Shown in pieces: positions 48,203 to 58,296 of a stretch of 64,000 nt of DNA. Within the stretch, counting starts at the first letter, position 1; every line of letters begins with the position of its first letter. The notes under the pieces were generated by a model. That model did not search any database, had not been told where the DNA came from, and saw only the letters and a list, made by a program, of their open reading frames with translations. Source of the stretch: Spirochaetaceae bacterium (GTDB taxonomy: Bacteria; Spirochaetota; Spirochaetia; DSM-2461); the NCBI GenBank assembly GCA_051531975.1, contig JAOPTT010000005.1, positions 320,001-384,000 on the forward strand, written 5' to 3'. Made by a program: the position numbers and the translations under genes.

Positions 48203-49105
48203 TTATGAATTATCTTGTTGTGTAATTGTTACGGCAACTTCTGTTTCCGGAACATATACTGGCATTTTATCTTTTGTCCACTGAAGCCATGCTCCATCGT
48301 AGATTTTTAAATTTCTGTAACCGGCATTATATAGGGCTACATAACTGTTAGTAGCTCTTATTGAACTTTTACAAAACATAACAATGTTGTCATCTGGCAT
48401 TATGCCGTTCTCTTTGTAAAGTATTCTAATTTGTTGTACCGATCTAAATGAAAAGTCGTTAAATAGATTGTCTTCATGATTAATATGTATTGATCCAGGA
48501 ATTGTTCCTGCACTAAACTCATCATCAGATCTTACATCTATCAATTTAAAATTATCATCTGGATTATCAATCATAGATTCAACGGTGTTTGTAGTAGTTA
48601 TAGAGTCTTTATTAAACCTAGTTGTTTTATATTTTGTAATTTTAACTAGCTCTACTTTTTTAGAAACTTCTAAACCAGCATCTTTTAACTCTGTTAAACC
48701 ACCTGCAACAATAAGAATGTCACCTGTATGTCCATAGTTTTTAAGTGTCCAAAACAGTCTAGATGAATCCATGTTTTTATTATCATCATAGATAATGATA
48801 TTAGTTTCAGTTGTTAATCCAATACTTCCTGCAACTTCTGATATTACAGATGCTGGTGCTACACTATTTGGAACAGGTTCTTTAATATTGATACTATTTC
48901 GTTCAATATTCAGAGCGCCAATAATATGTCCTTTCCCATAAGAAGTTGCTTTCCCAGCATCAACGAAAGTGTAACCAGCAGCTATTTTTTTTATTGCAGT
49001 TTTTGCATTAATAATAACCCCATCTGATTCATCATACTTAGTAAAAGAGCAGGATATTATTAATAAAATAACTGAAGCTATAATAACTATTTTTTTTAAG
49101 TTCAT
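48203..49105 (-). CDS. sulfurtransferase (SseA/TST-like) lipoprotein
   Basis: Lipobox IISC; GHIIGA, SRLFWTL, DVRS..EF..GTIPGS, CKSSIRA and YDGAWLQW motifs. Confidence 0.88.
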   Translation of the reverse strand: MNLKKIVIIASVILLIISCSFTKYDESDGVIINAKTAIKKIAAGYTFVDAGKATSYGKGHIIGALNIERNSINIKEPVPNSVAPASVISEVAGSIGLTTETNIIIYDDNKNMDSSRLFWTLKNYGHTGDILIVAGGLTELKDAGLEVSKKVELVKITKYKTTRFNKDSITTTNTVESMIDNPDDNFKLIDVRSDDEFSAGTIPGSIHINHEDNLFNDFSFRSVQQIRILYKENGIMPDDNIVMFCKSSIRATNSYVALYNAGYRNLKIYDGAWLQWTKDKMPVYVPETEVAVTITQQDNS

Positions 49106-49115
49106 AAATGTTTCC

Positions 49116-50339
49116 TTAAGAAAAGTAGTTGATCAATGTATTATATGAAAAATCACAATCAAGAACATCAACAACTTTTTTATCTTTAATAACAACAAGA
49201 CTTGGGTGTTTATCAACTCCCAAACGATTTGCTATACCCTTAGATTTATATACATCAACCTTGGTTACATTAAATCTATCTCCAGCAATCTCTTCTACAG
49301 TATCAAGGTCAGCTAATCTACAGTGGCTATTTTGATCAGATGCATCGTAGATAAATACAACTCCATCTTTACCAAGAATCTGAGTATTATATGCCTCTGT
49401 TTCAGCTATAAAACGTTCAGCTGCAACACCTGCAATAGCACCATCGCCAACTGCTGTAGCAACTTGTTTCAGAATCTTCTCTGTTACGTCACCGATAGAA
49501 AATACACCTTCGATATTAGTCTCTTTTTGCTCATTAACTAATACATAACCTCTATCTGTAAGATCAACTTGACCCTTAAATATCTCTGTATTTGGTATGT
49601 AACCAATAAACTCAAAACATGTTGGTACTTTTATATTTATAAGTTCACTATTTTTTAGGTTTTTAAGTACAACATTTTCAAGGTGCTCTTCACCCTCAAA
49701 TTTATGAACTATTGAGTTCCAGACAAATTCCATTTTAGGATTAGCTAATGCTTCCGCTTTTGCAATTTCATTACAATCCATTTTTCCTTCATCGTGAATA
49801 ACTGAAACATAAACTTTATCAGCAAACTTTGTTAAGAACATTCCTTCTTCTATTGCAGCATCTCCACTACCAATAATAAGAACTTCTTTTCCAGAGTTAG
49901 AAGCAGCATCACAAGTTGCACAGAAGGATATTCCTTTATCAAAAAGATACTTCTCTTCATCTATTGCACCAGTAACTCTTGGTCGCCCTCCAGAGGAGAT
50001 AATTACAGATTTTGCTTTGTATGTAGTTCTAAAAGTTTCAACTGTTTTAATTTCACCTTCTAGATCTACAGATTTAACATCTGTTCCTTTAAATTTAACA
50101 CCAAAGTTTTTAGCTTGTTTCTGAAATAAATTCATTAAATCTAACCCTGTAGTCCCATCTGGGAAACCAGGATAATTTTCTATCTCATTAGTATAGGTCG
50201 CAAGACCACCTACAAGTGATTTTTCAATAATTAATGTTTTTAATCTTGCTCTACCACAGTAGATTCCAGCAGTTAAACCACCAGCACCTGCTCCAATAAT
50301 AACAACATCATATTCTTCTACTTTCTTTTCTCTAGCCAT
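49116..50339 (-). CDS. thioredoxin reductase-like flavoprotein with C-terminal thioredoxin-fold extension
   Basis: GAGAGG, ENYPGF, CATCD, GSGDAAIEEG and QVATAVGDG motifs; about 90-aa extension ending in VDV......A.RLGV..HPSLVV. Confidence 0.85.
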   Translation of the reverse strand: MAREKKVEEYDVVIIGAGAGGLTAGIYCGRARLKTLIIEKSLVGGLATYTNEIENYPGFPDGTTGLDLMNLFQKQAKNFGVKFKGTDVKSVDLEGEIKTVETFRTTYKAKSVIISSGGRPRVTGAIDEEKYLFDKGISFCATCDAASNSGKEVLIIGSGDAAIEEGMFLTKFADKVYVSVIHDEGKMDCNEIAKAEALANPKMEFVWNSIVHKFEGEEHLENVVLKNLKNSELINIKVPTCFEFIGYIPNTEIFKGQVDLTDRGYVLVNEQKETNIEGVFSIGDVTEKILKQVATAVGDGAIAGVAAERFIAETEAYNTQILGKDGVVFIYDASDQNSHCRLADLDTVEEIAGDRFNVTKVDVYKSKGIANRLGVDKHPSLVVIKDKKVVDVLDCDFSYNTLINYFS

Positions 50340-50356
50340 TTATATAACCCCCAATA

Positions 50357-50890
50357 CTACATGAAAAATTTAACAAGTAATTTACTACCGATCCAGGCTC
50401 CGATAAACAAAAAGAGTCCATAAACCCATCCCGATAATGAGAAGGAAGCTATACCACTAAATAGAGCTCCGATGTTACATCCAAAACCAATTCTTGCACC
50501 ATAACCCATAAGTAAACCACCTAGGATTGCTGCAAAAATTTGTTTAGCTGATTTTATCTTTTTTATTTTGAATTGTGACGCCATCAGTGAAGCAAAAAAG
50601 GCACCAAAAATAATACCTAGGTTCCTATATGTTCCAGCGTGATTCAAAACTCCATTTTTAAGTACAGCCTGTGCACCATCTGAAGAGAAGTAGTACCACT
50701 TATCTACATTTCCACCAAATAGTTCATATAACCAAGCTCCCCAGTTCGCTAAAACTCCAGAAACACCCCAAGGATTACCGGTAGCTGCTAAAGTAAATAT
50801 CTGAAAAATAGATAGGAGTACAGCTCCAGTCAGGTAAGGCCATGCCTGTTTAAACCAAACTTTGTAATATTTATTATCTTTTAATGCCAT
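50357..50890 (-). CDS. YeeE/YedE thiosulfate transporter, C-terminal half
   Basis: PWGVSG, GG.LMGYGARI.FGCNIGA motifs. Confidence 0.88.
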   Translation of the reverse strand: MALKDNKYYKVWFKQAWPYLTGAVLLSIFQIFTLAATGNPWGVSGVLANWGAWLYELFGGNVDKWYYFSSDGAQAVLKNGVLNHAGTYRNLGIIFGAFFASLMASQFKIKKIKSAKQIFAAILGGLLMGYGARIGFGCNIGALFSGIASFSLSGWVYGLFLFIGAWIGSKLLVKFFM

Positions 50891-50905
50891 GTTTTTATAC
50901 CTTAT

Positions 50906-51133
50906 TTACTGTTTTTCTATTATAACTTCCCACTCACCGTCATCAACTTCTTCTAATTCAACGTTATGACCCTCTTTTCTTGCCCATTCAGGAACATTTT
51001 TCATAGCACAGCTATGGTCAATTTGAATAATAAGAACATCACCTTTATCCATTTTCTCTAACGCTTTCTCAGCTTTAACTAAAGGGATTGGACAAGCTTC
51101 TCCCATACAATCTAATTCAACTTCTTTTGACAT
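50906..51133 (-). CDS. TusA/YeeD-family sulfur carrier
   Basis: LDC.GE.CPIP motif; 75 aa. Confidence 0.92.
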   Translation of the reverse strand: MSKEVELDCMGEACPIPLVKAEKALEKMDKGDVLIIQIDHSCAMKNVPEWARKEGHNVELEEVDDGEWEVIIEKQ

Positions 51134-51154
51134 AATATATCTCCTTAATGTTTT

Positions 51155-51850
51155 TTATTTTTCTTCTTGTTTATTACCTTTGTTTTCCCATTTATCTGCT
51201 GCGATAAATAGAAGTACAATTATCATAAGTTGTACAAATATTGCTCCACCCCAGCCAAAAACATCTGGGAGAAATACTGCTTTACCATTACTAATAGTAT
51301 TTAATTTCCACCAACCAAAATCGTGGGCACCCCACAGAGAACCAATTATAAAGAATAGTAGAGATAATACTTGCATGTAAAATCCTTCACCAACTCTCAT
51401 AAGTGTTCCAGAAGCACACCCTCCTGCGATTACCATACCAATTCCAAACATTAATGCACCAATTACAGTCGCAAAACTTATAGGAACGACATATGATTGA
51501 CCAGGTATTGGAAGGCCTTTAACAAATGCTCCATATTTAATAGCCCAGAAACCTATAGATGTAATTGCAAATGCAATTAATACAGCTCTAGTAACAGTTG
51601 TACTTCCAGTCATGGCTGGATCTCTTAATGATGCTGTAAAACAAAACCGTGATCTTTGTAAAATAAAACCAAATATATTACCAGTAAACCAAAATAGACT
51701 TAGTTGCTGATTTATAAACCCAGCAATTATACCAATTACAATTACCATCGCACCTAATACGATACCCATCGGGATTTGGTTCTTCTTTTTTTTCCTTGTT
51801 CTAGTCGATGACCTAGGTGACCGTCTGATTTTTGATTCGGTTTCACTCAT
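51155..51850 (-). CDS. YeeE/YedE thiosulfate transporter, N-terminal half
   Basis: FGFILQRSRFCF...RD and FGIGMVIAGGCASGTL motifs. Confidence 0.88.
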   Translation of the reverse strand: MSETESKIRRSPRSSTRTRKKKKNQIPMGIVLGAMVIVIGIIAGFINQQLSLFWFTGNIFGFILQRSRFCFTASLRDPAMTGSTTVTRAVLIAFAITSIGFWAIKYGAFVKGLPIPGQSYVVPISFATVIGALMFGIGMVIAGGCASGTLMRVGEGFYMQVLSLLFFIIGSLWGAHDFGWWKLNTISNGKAVFLPDVFGWGGAIFVQLMIIVLLFIAADKWENKGNKQEEK

Positions 51851-52427
51851 TATAAACTACTCCAATAACTGTTTTTCTTAATATAGCTTAAAATCAATAT
51901 AACCACTAAAAACATATGCTGTCAATAAAATTTTATAGTATAAAAATGGTCAAAAAACGTACAAATATTTGTGTGGGTACTACCTTGTTTTAGGTTAATT
52001 ATTCAAATATATATTTTTTTGTAAAAAAAATAATTATCAATAAAATTAATAATTTTGCTGATTTAATACATAATAATAATTGCAAGAAAAATTGTCTTTA
52101 TACCCCTAATTACATATTAAATTTGATAATCCCCACCTACTGGCTCTGTTTTATGGTTTTTTACATTTTTTTAATATTTTGTGACAAAAGTCATTTATGG
52201 GTTATTTTTGTAATATTTGTTTAAATCTAGGCTATATAATCAGTTAAAGTTTTAATAAAAATCATATATATTATATTTAATAATCCGACTTTCTAGATGG
52301 GGCATTAAATCCAATAGTACAATTTTTATCTATTGTTTTGAGATTATATAAAAGAGTGATTTGGCTGTGAAATTCAGATGTGGAAGTGGAATTATTTGGG
52401 TGAAAAAAAAGATGTTTATTAAAGCTG

Positions 52428-52462
52428 TTAGGGCTCATTTCTTATAATATAATGAGCCCTAA
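52428..52462 (-). terminator. hairpin/terminator downstream of the lipoprotein gene
   Basis: TTAGGGCTCATT...AATGAGCCCTAA inverted repeat. Confidence 0.65.
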
Positions 52463-52537
52463 TTAATCATGACTTTTACCAAATTTTAGCTACGATTTTA
52501 TTATTTTTATCAATTTATTTAATAAAAAATAATTTAA

Positions 52538-53284
52538 TTATTCCGCTATTTCTAAAAGATTAGCCATAAATTCTGCATATGTTAGGTCATAAAAAGGAAG
52601 AGGTTCACTATCATCGTTAAACTTATATGAAAGATTCTCGTTCTGCATTGGTTGAGTTACATAGTCTCTCCACTGTTTAACATCCGCAACTATGAAGTGG
52701 GAAAAGATTAAATTCATATTAGAAGTTTTGTAGATTGAAGTCTCATAATGGTGCTCAACATATCTTTTTTCAGTAACGATTATATAATCCACACCCATAT
52801 TTTTAATTAACTCTTTTAAAGTTTCTTTTAGTTCTGAATAGTGCTTGGCTCTTTGATTTTCAATTACTAAATCATCAACTTCGTATAAACTAGTAATTAA
52901 AGTATCAACATCCATACTTGAAGAACTATCTTCAGGCCCTTTATTTTGAGATGTAATTTTTTTAACAATTGAAGTATCTTTTTTATCTACATTAACTTTG
53001 CTTAATGAATCCTTATCTATCATGGAGTATAGATCTAGCTGTCTTACATTAAGACCTTTTTCCTGTAATGCTGCAGATATAAAAAAAGTATTATTAACAC
53101 CTGAATTAATAATTCCTACTGTTGAACCTATTGGTATAGTTTCTTTTTGGAAAAACCTATTAATGTAGAATCCATTAGTATCTGCAGCAGCTTTTACTGT
53201 TACAGGTGCAGTTACACAACTAGTTAAACTTACTATTAACGTTATTAGTATTAATAGATACTTTTTAATTTCATTTTTTGACAT
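52538..53284 (-). CDS. hypothetical lipoprotein
   Basis: Lipobox LTSC; RBS CAGGAG. Confidence 0.7.
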   Translation of the reverse strand: MSKNEIKKYLLILITLIVSLTSCVTAPVTVKAAADTNGFYINRFFQKETIPIGSTVGIINSGVNNTFFISAALQEKGLNVRQLDLYSMIDKDSLSKVNVDKKDTSIVKKITSQNKGPEDSSSSMDVDTLITSLYEVDDLVIENQRAKHYSELKETLKELIKNMGVDYIIVTEKRYVEHHYETSIYKTSNMNLIFSHFIVADVKQWRDYVTQPMQNENLSYKFNDDSEPLPFYDLTYAEFMANLLEIAE

Positions 53285-53394
53285 TTTATCTCCTGACTTT
53301 TGGAGTATTTTAACTAGTTGTTCTACCTTTATTCAATTACTTTTTTATTTGAGGCTGTTATTTGTCTTTAATTAGGTATAAATCCTATAATGAT

Positions 53395-54405
53395 TTACAA
53401 AGTTCTAATTGATTTTCGGTCCACAAATGTCTGTTTAATTTTAAGTACATGTGGAATTTGATTCCCTTTACCTAATCTTTCTATCATCATATCTGTTGCA
53501 TAATTACCCATTAATTTATTGTCTATTCTCATAGTTGAAATTCTTGGAGTTTCTAGTAAGTCGTAATTCTGGGTATCTCCAGGAGCTATAATTGATATAT
53601 CTTCAGGGATTTTTATATCCAATTTATTAAGAATGTAAATTAGTTTACAAGCTAGAATATCATCGTGGATGAATAGTGCTGTAGGTTTTATTTTTATATT
53701 CATAAAGAATTCTCTGACTTTATTATCAAGTTCTATATTGTCATATAAATTTACTGTTAGTCTTGATTCATCAGTGATTGGTATATTATGCTCATCTAAT
53801 GCTTTCCTGTATCCATAAAAACGGTCAGCGACTACTCCAGGTAGATCCTCTCTTGTAAAATCTATACAACAAATATCTTTGTGACCAGCATCTATTAGTT
53901 TTAAGGTCCCTTCATAAGCACCTTGGAAGTCATCTACACATATAGTATATAGCTCGTTTTGGTAGGATGAATTATTAATAAGAACACATGGTATGTTCAT
54001 TGCTTCAAGTCTGGCAAATAGAGGAATACTAACATAGTGAAATGAAAATACAGATGAAGCATTCATTTCCATAAGGTCGGAAAATATATCTTCGTCATTA
54101 ATCTTTCCACTAAATGGAAGTATTGAAAGAGTATAACCCTTTTCCTTAGCAGACTTTTGGACTTGTCTTATTATAGCATTGTAAAAGTATGAAAGATTAT
54201 CAGTGTTTTTTTGCATTTCTAATAAAAGTACCCAGTGTTTATGATTCTTATATGTATTTTTCTTTTTTTTATAACCAATTTTTTCTGCAGCATTTAGAAC
54301 TTTTAATCTAACTTCTTCAGAAATCCTACCTTTTCCAGATAATGCCATTGATGCTGTTGTTACAGATACATCGGCTTCTTTTGCTACATCTATTAATTTT
54401 ACCAT
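53395..54405 (-). CDS. LacI-family transcriptional regulator
   Basis: LIDVAKEADVSVTTASMAL HTH; periplasmic-binding-type core. Confidence 0.92.
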   Translation of the reverse strand: MVKLIDVAKEADVSVTTASMALSGKGRISEEVRLKVLNAAEKIGYKKKKNTYKNHKHWVLLLEMQKNTDNLSYFYNAIIRQVQKSAKEKGYTLSILPFSGKINDEDIFSDLMEMNASSVFSFHYVSIPLFARLEAMNIPCVLINNSSYQNELYTICVDDFQGAYEGTLKLIDAGHKDICCIDFTREDLPGVVADRFYGYRKALDEHNIPITDESRLTVNLYDNIELDNKVREFFMNIKIKPTALFIHDDILACKLIYILNKLDIKIPEDISIIAPGDTQNYDLLETPRISTMRIDNKLMGNYATDMMIERLGKGNQIPHVLKIKQTFVDRKSIRTL

Positions 54406-54447
54406 ATAACTGATAATGATATATATTGATCTGTTTTGTCAATTACT

Positions 54448-54486
54448 TGGTAAAATTTTAGCAGTACGATGATAAAATGTTTTAGC
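54448..54486. promoter_or_regulatory. putative LacI operators
   Basis: TGGTAAAATTTTAGCA quasi-palindrome at 54448-54463 and related TGATAAAATGTTTAGCA at 54470-54486. Confidence 0.45.
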
Positions 54487-54587
54487 ATACTTTTTATGTG
54501 ACACTATTAAAATGATGTTTATCCACTGTATAACATGGCTTTATAGCGGTATTTTACAATTTTAAAGTATTTATTTACAATTATAAG

Positions 54588-54615
54588 TTGACATATGGTA
54601 AAGTCATGGTAAAGT
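54588..54615 (+). promoter_or_regulatory. sigma70 promoter of the mutarotase operon
   Basis: TTGACA-N16-TAAAGT with extended TG; the spacer contains a tandem ATGGTAAAGT repeat. Confidence 0.55.
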
Positions 54616-54647
54616 TAGATAGTTAATTTTACTAAAGAGGTGATAAA

Positions 54648-54971
54648 ATGATTCGATACGGTCAGCTAATAGGTTTAAATCCAGAAGATCTTGAACGATA
54701 TAAAAAATATCATCAAAGTGTTTGGCCAGAAGTCTTAGAAAAGATTAAAGATTGTAATATTACAAATTATTCAATATTTAATTTAGGAGATAAACTTTTT
54801 GCATATTTTGAATACATAGGATCAAATTTTAAAAAAGATATGGAAGATATGTCCAAGGATGAAATGACTCAAAATTGGTGGAAGCTAATGAGTCCTATGC
54901 AGATTCCAGTTAAAGAAAAAAAAGAAGGAGAGTGGTGGGCGAATATGACAGAAGTTTTCCACCAGGAGTAG
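54648..54971 (+). CDS. L-rhamnose/L-fucose mutarotase family protein
   Basis: Y.KYH..VWPEV...I....I.NYSIF, LFAYFEY, WW..M and EVFH motifs. Confidence 0.88.
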   Translation: MIRYGQLIGLNPEDLERYKKYHQSVWPEVLEKIKDCNITNYSIFNLGDKLFAYFEYIGSNFKKDMEDMSKDEMTQNWWKLMSPMQIPVKEKKEGEWWANMTEVFHQE

Positions 54972-54974
54972 AAT

Positions 54975-56225
54975 ATGACATCAAGAGAGAGAATTTTAGC
55001 AACTTTAGACCATAAAGTTCCAGATAGGGTTCCAATAGATTTAGGAGCAACGCCTAGTTCGGGAATTTCAGCAGAGGCACATAGTAATTTAATAAATCAT
55101 TTAGAGTTAGATGAACCAACACTTATATACGATGTTGTTCAGCAACTAGCTCAACCTAGTGATAAGTTGGTAGATCTTTTAGGGGTAGATATATTAGATA
55201 TTGGAAGAACCTTTAATGACTTCCCTAATGACTGGTCAAAAATGAATCTTCAAAATGGAAATCCCGCATGGTCTCCGGCCTGGTTTAAACCTAAACAGAA
55301 TAAAAAAGGTGACTGGGAAGTTTATCATGATAGTGGAAAAATGATTGCTTATATGCCTGAGGGGGCTACTTTTTACGATCAGACTTTTTTCCCATGGGAA
55401 AACGGATATCCAGTTGGACGTAAAGCGATGTCTGAAGCATTGGATGAAGCTATGGATCATGTTTTATGGTCAAAATTAGTTCATAGTCCATGGGATCATT
55501 CAGGCAAAGGCGATTTTTATAAGATATTACGGGAGAATACATTAAAACTAAGAGCAAGTTCTGATAAGGCACTTCTTGTAGTTAATGGGTGTAATTTATT
55601 TGAGTGGGGAACATTTTTAAGAAGAATGGACAACTTCTTAATGGATTTATACATAGATAAAGAGAATGTTGCAATGCTTATGGAACTACTTATGGAAAAG
55701 CATATGAAAAGTCTAAAAGATACATGTGATGCAGTTGGTGATATTGTTGATGTAATTAGATTTGGTGATGACCTTGGTATGGATTCAGGACCTTTTATGG
55801 GCCTAGATGTTTATACCGAACTATTCCATGACCATAGAAAAAAACTTTGTTCATATGTTCATGAAAACAGTAATATGAAAACTTTTATACACTCCTGTGG
55901 ATCAATGGAACAATATATTCCTTCGTTAATAGACGAGGGTATGGATATCATAAATCCCGTACAAACAAATTGCAGAGATATGGACCCTATAGGTTTAAAA
56001 AAGAAATATGGAAAAGATATTGTTTTTTGGGGTGGGGGAATGGATCCAAGAGCTATTTTAAATAGAGGTAATCCAGAAGAAGTAAGAGTTGAAGTTCGAC
56101 GTAGAATGGAGATCTTTGCTCCCGAAGGCGGATTTGTTTTTAATAATATCCATAACATCATGCCAGATGTACCACCGGAAAATATAGTAGCTATGTTTGA
56201 TGAAGCACTAAAATTTAAATTATAG
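54975..56225 (+). CDS. uroporphyrinogen decarboxylase (URO-D/MtaA/CmuA) family protein
   Basis: MTSRER.L..L.H..PDRVP.D, GDDLG, HSCG, INPVQ, FWGG.D and GGFVF...HNI.PDVPPEN motifs. Confidence 0.85.
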   Translation: MTSRERILATLDHKVPDRVPIDLGATPSSGISAEAHSNLINHLELDEPTLIYDVVQQLAQPSDKLVDLLGVDILDIGRTFNDFPNDWSKMNLQNGNPAWSPAWFKPKQNKKGDWEVYHDSGKMIAYMPEGATFYDQTFFPWENGYPVGRKAMSEALDEAMDHVLWSKLVHSPWDHSGKGDFYKILRENTLKLRASSDKALLVVNGCNLFEWGTFLRRMDNFLMDLYIDKENVAMLMELLMEKHMKSLKDTCDAVGDIVDVIRFGDDLGMDSGPFMGLDVYTELFHDHRKKLCSYVHENSNMKTFIHSCGSMEQYIPSLIDEGMDIINPVQTNCRDMDPIGLKKKYGKDIVFWGGGMDPRAILNRGNPEEVRVEVRRRMEIFAPEGGFVFNNIHNIMPDVPPENIVAMFDEALKFKL

Positions 56226-56248
56226 ATTAACTTAAATAGGAGAAAAAT

Positions 56249-57262
56249 ATGCAGAAAACTGAAGAGACAGTTTTAGGTCAAAATGATTTACACAATAATA
56301 TACTAAATAATATTTTAGGCAGGAGAGAAGTTGGAATTGTTGCTCCTGCACTAATGTTATTTATATTCTTTTCTATTTTTTCAGATAACTTTTTATCTGA
56401 ATATAACATGTTTAATATTTCTAGAAATCTTTCGTTTAATATTTTTATTGCATTAGGGCAAGCAGTTGTAATTGCAATTGGAGGAATGAATCTTTCAGTT
56501 GGAGCTATAGGAGGTATGTCAACAATTGTTGTTGGACATATGTTAGTAAATATGGGTATGCCTGCTGGAGTTGCGGTTATTTGTGGACTTGCTATAGGTG
56601 TTATTGCTGGATTATTAAATGGGCTTATCATAACTAAACTTAAGTTAAACTCATTCATTGTTACTTTATCGACCTCATTTTTATTCACTGGTTTAGTGTA
56701 TGGAGTCTCTAAGGGATATCCTTATACAAACATACCAAAAAGTTTTACAACTTTTGGCCGAGGAAGCTTTTTAGGTCTTCCAATAGTTTTATGGTTATTA
56801 TCTATTACTTTAATCTGCCTTTATTACTTATATAAACATACAGTTCTTGGTAGAAGACTTTTAGCGACTGGTGGTAATGAAAATGCTGCTCGTTTATCAG
56901 GAATTAATACAAATAGAATGATTGTTATTGCAAATATGTTATCTGGATTTTTTGCAGCATTAACAGGTGTTTTATATGTATCTAGAATGGGTTCTGCGCA
57001 ACCTGCTACAGGGCAAAACTGGATGGTAATATCATTTGCTGTTGCAATAATTGGTGGAACAAAATTAGGTGGTGGAGTAATTACATCAGGAGGGCTTCTA
57101 GCCGGTGGAATTATAATGGTTTTAATCAAAAATGGATTAATTTTAATGGAAGCAAATGTGTATTTTGAGCAAGCATTTTTAGGGTTGATTATCCTATTTA
57201 CTGTATCACTAGACAGCATTAAGGGTCTTATTAAGTCCCATAAAAATAAAAGAAGAAATTAG
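56249..57262 (+). CDS. monosaccharide ABC permease (RbsC-like)
   Basis: GGMNLSVGA, SFIVTL, GR.L.A.GGN..AARLSGI and IIGGT.L.GG motifs. Confidence 0.92.
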   Translation: MQKTEETVLGQNDLHNNILNNILGRREVGIVAPALMLFIFFSIFSDNFLSEYNMFNISRNLSFNIFIALGQAVVIAIGGMNLSVGAIGGMSTIVVGHMLVNMGMPAGVAVICGLAIGVIAGLLNGLIITKLKLNSFIVTLSTSFLFTGLVYGVSKGYPYTNIPKSFTTFGRGSFLGLPIVLWLLSITLICLYYLYKHTVLGRRLLATGGNENAARLSGINTNRMIVIANMLSGFFAALTGVLYVSRMGSAQPATGQNWMVISFAVAIIGGTKLGGGVITSGGLLAGGIIMVLIKNGLILMEANVYFEQAFLGLIILFTVSLDSIKGLIKSHKNKRRN

Positions 57263-57270
57263 GAGAGATT

Positions 57271-58281
57271 ATGAAGAAATTATTAGTATTATTACTAGCG
57301 TTTATGGTTGCAGGTTCTATATTTGCAAATGGAAACAAAGAGGATAAGCCACAAGTGAAAAAGATTGTTTGGTATGCCTCTGCAGTACACCCTTATTTTG
57401 ACTCTGTTCAAAAAGGTGTAGAAGCATTTTCAGAAGCAACAGGTATTGAAGTAAAAACTCAAATTGGTCCTGACTGGACACAAGATAGTCAGACTCAAAA
57501 TGTTGAAGCGTTAGCAGCAAATGGATACAATGGTTTTTCAATATATCCTTCTGATCCTAGTGGAGCAAATGGTCTATACGAAGAGTTAACAGCACGGGGA
57601 AACTTTGTAGTAAACTTTGGTACATCTACTGTACAACCTACAACAGCATCATTTGCGATTGCTACAGATGTTAAATATGCAGCAATGGTTGCCACAGAAA
57701 AACTAATTGAGTTAATGGGTGGTAAAGGTAATATTCTTAATGTTTTAGAAGTTGTAACAGATGCAAATACAGTTTTAAGAAAAGAGGGTATTGAAGAAGT
57801 TGTTGCTAAATACCCAGACGTTAATATTGTTCAAGAGATCGGAGATATGACAAGTATTGAAGAGGGAATGGAAAAAATAGAAAATGCAATGGCTGCAAAC
57901 CTAGATGTATTAGACGGTGTTATATGTACAGGATATACAACTACAGTTGCTGCTACTGCAATTTTATCACCATACAATCAGAATAATTCTAAAAGAATAT
58001 CATTTGTTGGAATAGATGATGATCCAGCTGTATTAGAAGCTATTAGAAATGGATCAATAGATGCAACAATTGCACAAAACCCATATGGACATGGTTATTT
58101 AAGTTGTCAGATTATTTCACTGTTATTAGATGGTTATACACCTAGAGCTAATCAATACTTTATTAATGCTGGGTTAGCAGTTGTAACTAAAGAAAATATT
58201 GATACTTTTTCTTATGACTTAAGTAAAGTAACTACTGAAATAGTAGCAACACTTACAGAGGTTTATTTAGAAAAAAAATAG
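57271..58281 (+). CDS. monosaccharide ABC substrate-binding protein
   Basis: Signal peptide FANGNKE; HPYF...KG, VGIDD and ATIAQNPY..GY motifs. Confidence 0.9.
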   Translation: MKKLLVLLLAFMVAGSIFANGNKEDKPQVKKIVWYASAVHPYFDSVQKGVEAFSEATGIEVKTQIGPDWTQDSQTQNVEALAANGYNGFSIYPSDPSGANGLYEELTARGNFVVNFGTSTVQPTTASFAIATDVKYAAMVATEKLIELMGGKGNILNVLEVVTDANTVLRKEGIEEVVAKYPDVNIVQEIGDMTSIEEGMEKIENAMAANLDVLDGVICTGYTTTVAATAILSPYNQNNSKRISFVGIDDDPAVLEAIRNGSIDATIAQNPYGHGYLSCQIISLLLDGYTPRANQYFINAGLAVVTKENIDTFSYDLSKVTTEIVATLTEVYLEKK

Positions 58282-58296
58282 TTAATTAGTTAGGAC

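Noticed and set aside
47302..51850. Selenoproteins (UGA read-through) in the sulfur operon
   Set aside because: All ORFs are complete with Cys at the active sites and end at TAA/TAG.
54975..56225. hemE (haem biosynthesis)
   Set aside because: Lacks the HemE W.MRQAGR signature, has the HxC zinc motif, and sits in a sugar operon.
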